Below are positions 63,306 to 64,000 of a stretch of DNA of 64,000 nt, in pieces (position 1 is the first letter of the stretch; each line of letters starts with the position of its first letter). This stretch comes from Octopus sinensis. Taxonomy: Eukaryota. Below the pieces are notes generated by a model that was given only the letters and a program-made list of their open reading frames with translations, had not been told where the DNA came from and searched no databases. Both the position numbers and the translations under genes were made by a program. Location: NCBI RefSeq assembly GCF_006345805.1, contig NW_021836139.1, positions 124,001 through 188,000 of the forward strand, given 5' to 3'.

Positions 63306-63943
63306 TAACAGTAGTATAATCCCAGCTAGCTCAGAGTGAATAGACATTTGGTCAATGTTTCTTCTAATCTTTTACTATGGGTAACGTGCAGAAATCTGCT
63401 GGTCCGCAAATTTTCTTTTTTATCTTACATTTTTTTTTTTACAAACAAAAAAAAAAACAAAAAAACACTATGTGTCTATCCACAAGAGTAATCTTCAATT
63501 AAAAAAAAAGAAAATTCGATTTCATCTTAAAACTCTTTGTATGCACATTTTTTTCTTTTATGCGCTAGTTGCAAAACTGTGCATACCAATGAGCACACAC
63601 TTAGATGAGATATGACCAATGGTCAATGACATTCCTGCCAGGAAAAGCTTGTCTTTTTATATCAATATATAAAAACCTCATAGACTTATGTGAACTTCCT
63701 TTTTGAAGACGATAGCGCATAAGGGGGAAATTGAGCAGCTATTTCTTGCATTGTGAATGATTTGCATAATAACTCCATCATTTGTAAGCTTCTGGTAGGC
63801 AGAATTTCATGCCGAAACGGGTTACTGATGGTATATTTCATATGCGTCAAGTATGTATGTATGTATGTATGTATGTATGTGTGTGAGTGTACGTATGTGT
63901 GTATGTGTGTGCGCGAGTATATAGTTGCATTCATTAATGCGTG

Positions 63944-63991
<48 letters not shown>

Positions 63992-64000
63992 CATACACAC

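Noticed and set aside
62577-63347. 256-aa ORF rich in T/P/H/Y
   Set aside because: Translation of a trinucleotide microsatellite; no domain, no splice or expression support.

Overview
AT-rich, repeat-dense eukaryotic DNA, either intergenic or intronic. The tRNA-derived SINE families and compound microsatellites resemble those of octopus (coleoid cephalopod) genomes; this is inference from sequence recall, not a search result. No intact host protein-coding gene can be supported, and most ORFs in the supplied track are microsatellite artefacts. The window holds: (i) a young 5'-truncated L1/Tx1-clade LINE inserted in a (TATC)n tract with a 59-bp fold-back at its 5' junction; (ii) three to four Penelope-like element (PLE) remnants, two bounded by inverted copies of their own 3' region; (iii) four decayed Tc1/mariner elements and a hAT MITE with an 8-bp TSD; (iv) about 20 SINE copies from about 5 families; (v) RTE-, CR1- and R4/Dong-like LINE fragments; (vi) a housekeeping-type promoter motif cluster at about 27.7-27.8 kb. 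The most notable unannotated signal is a set of about 11 type I hammerhead ribozyme motifs, read by eye. Most are minimal and have palindromic stem III, and several carry non-canonical cores, including a compensatory U3:A8 pair in both arms of one PLE. Recurrent 1-2 nt deletions suggest some uncorrected long-read error.
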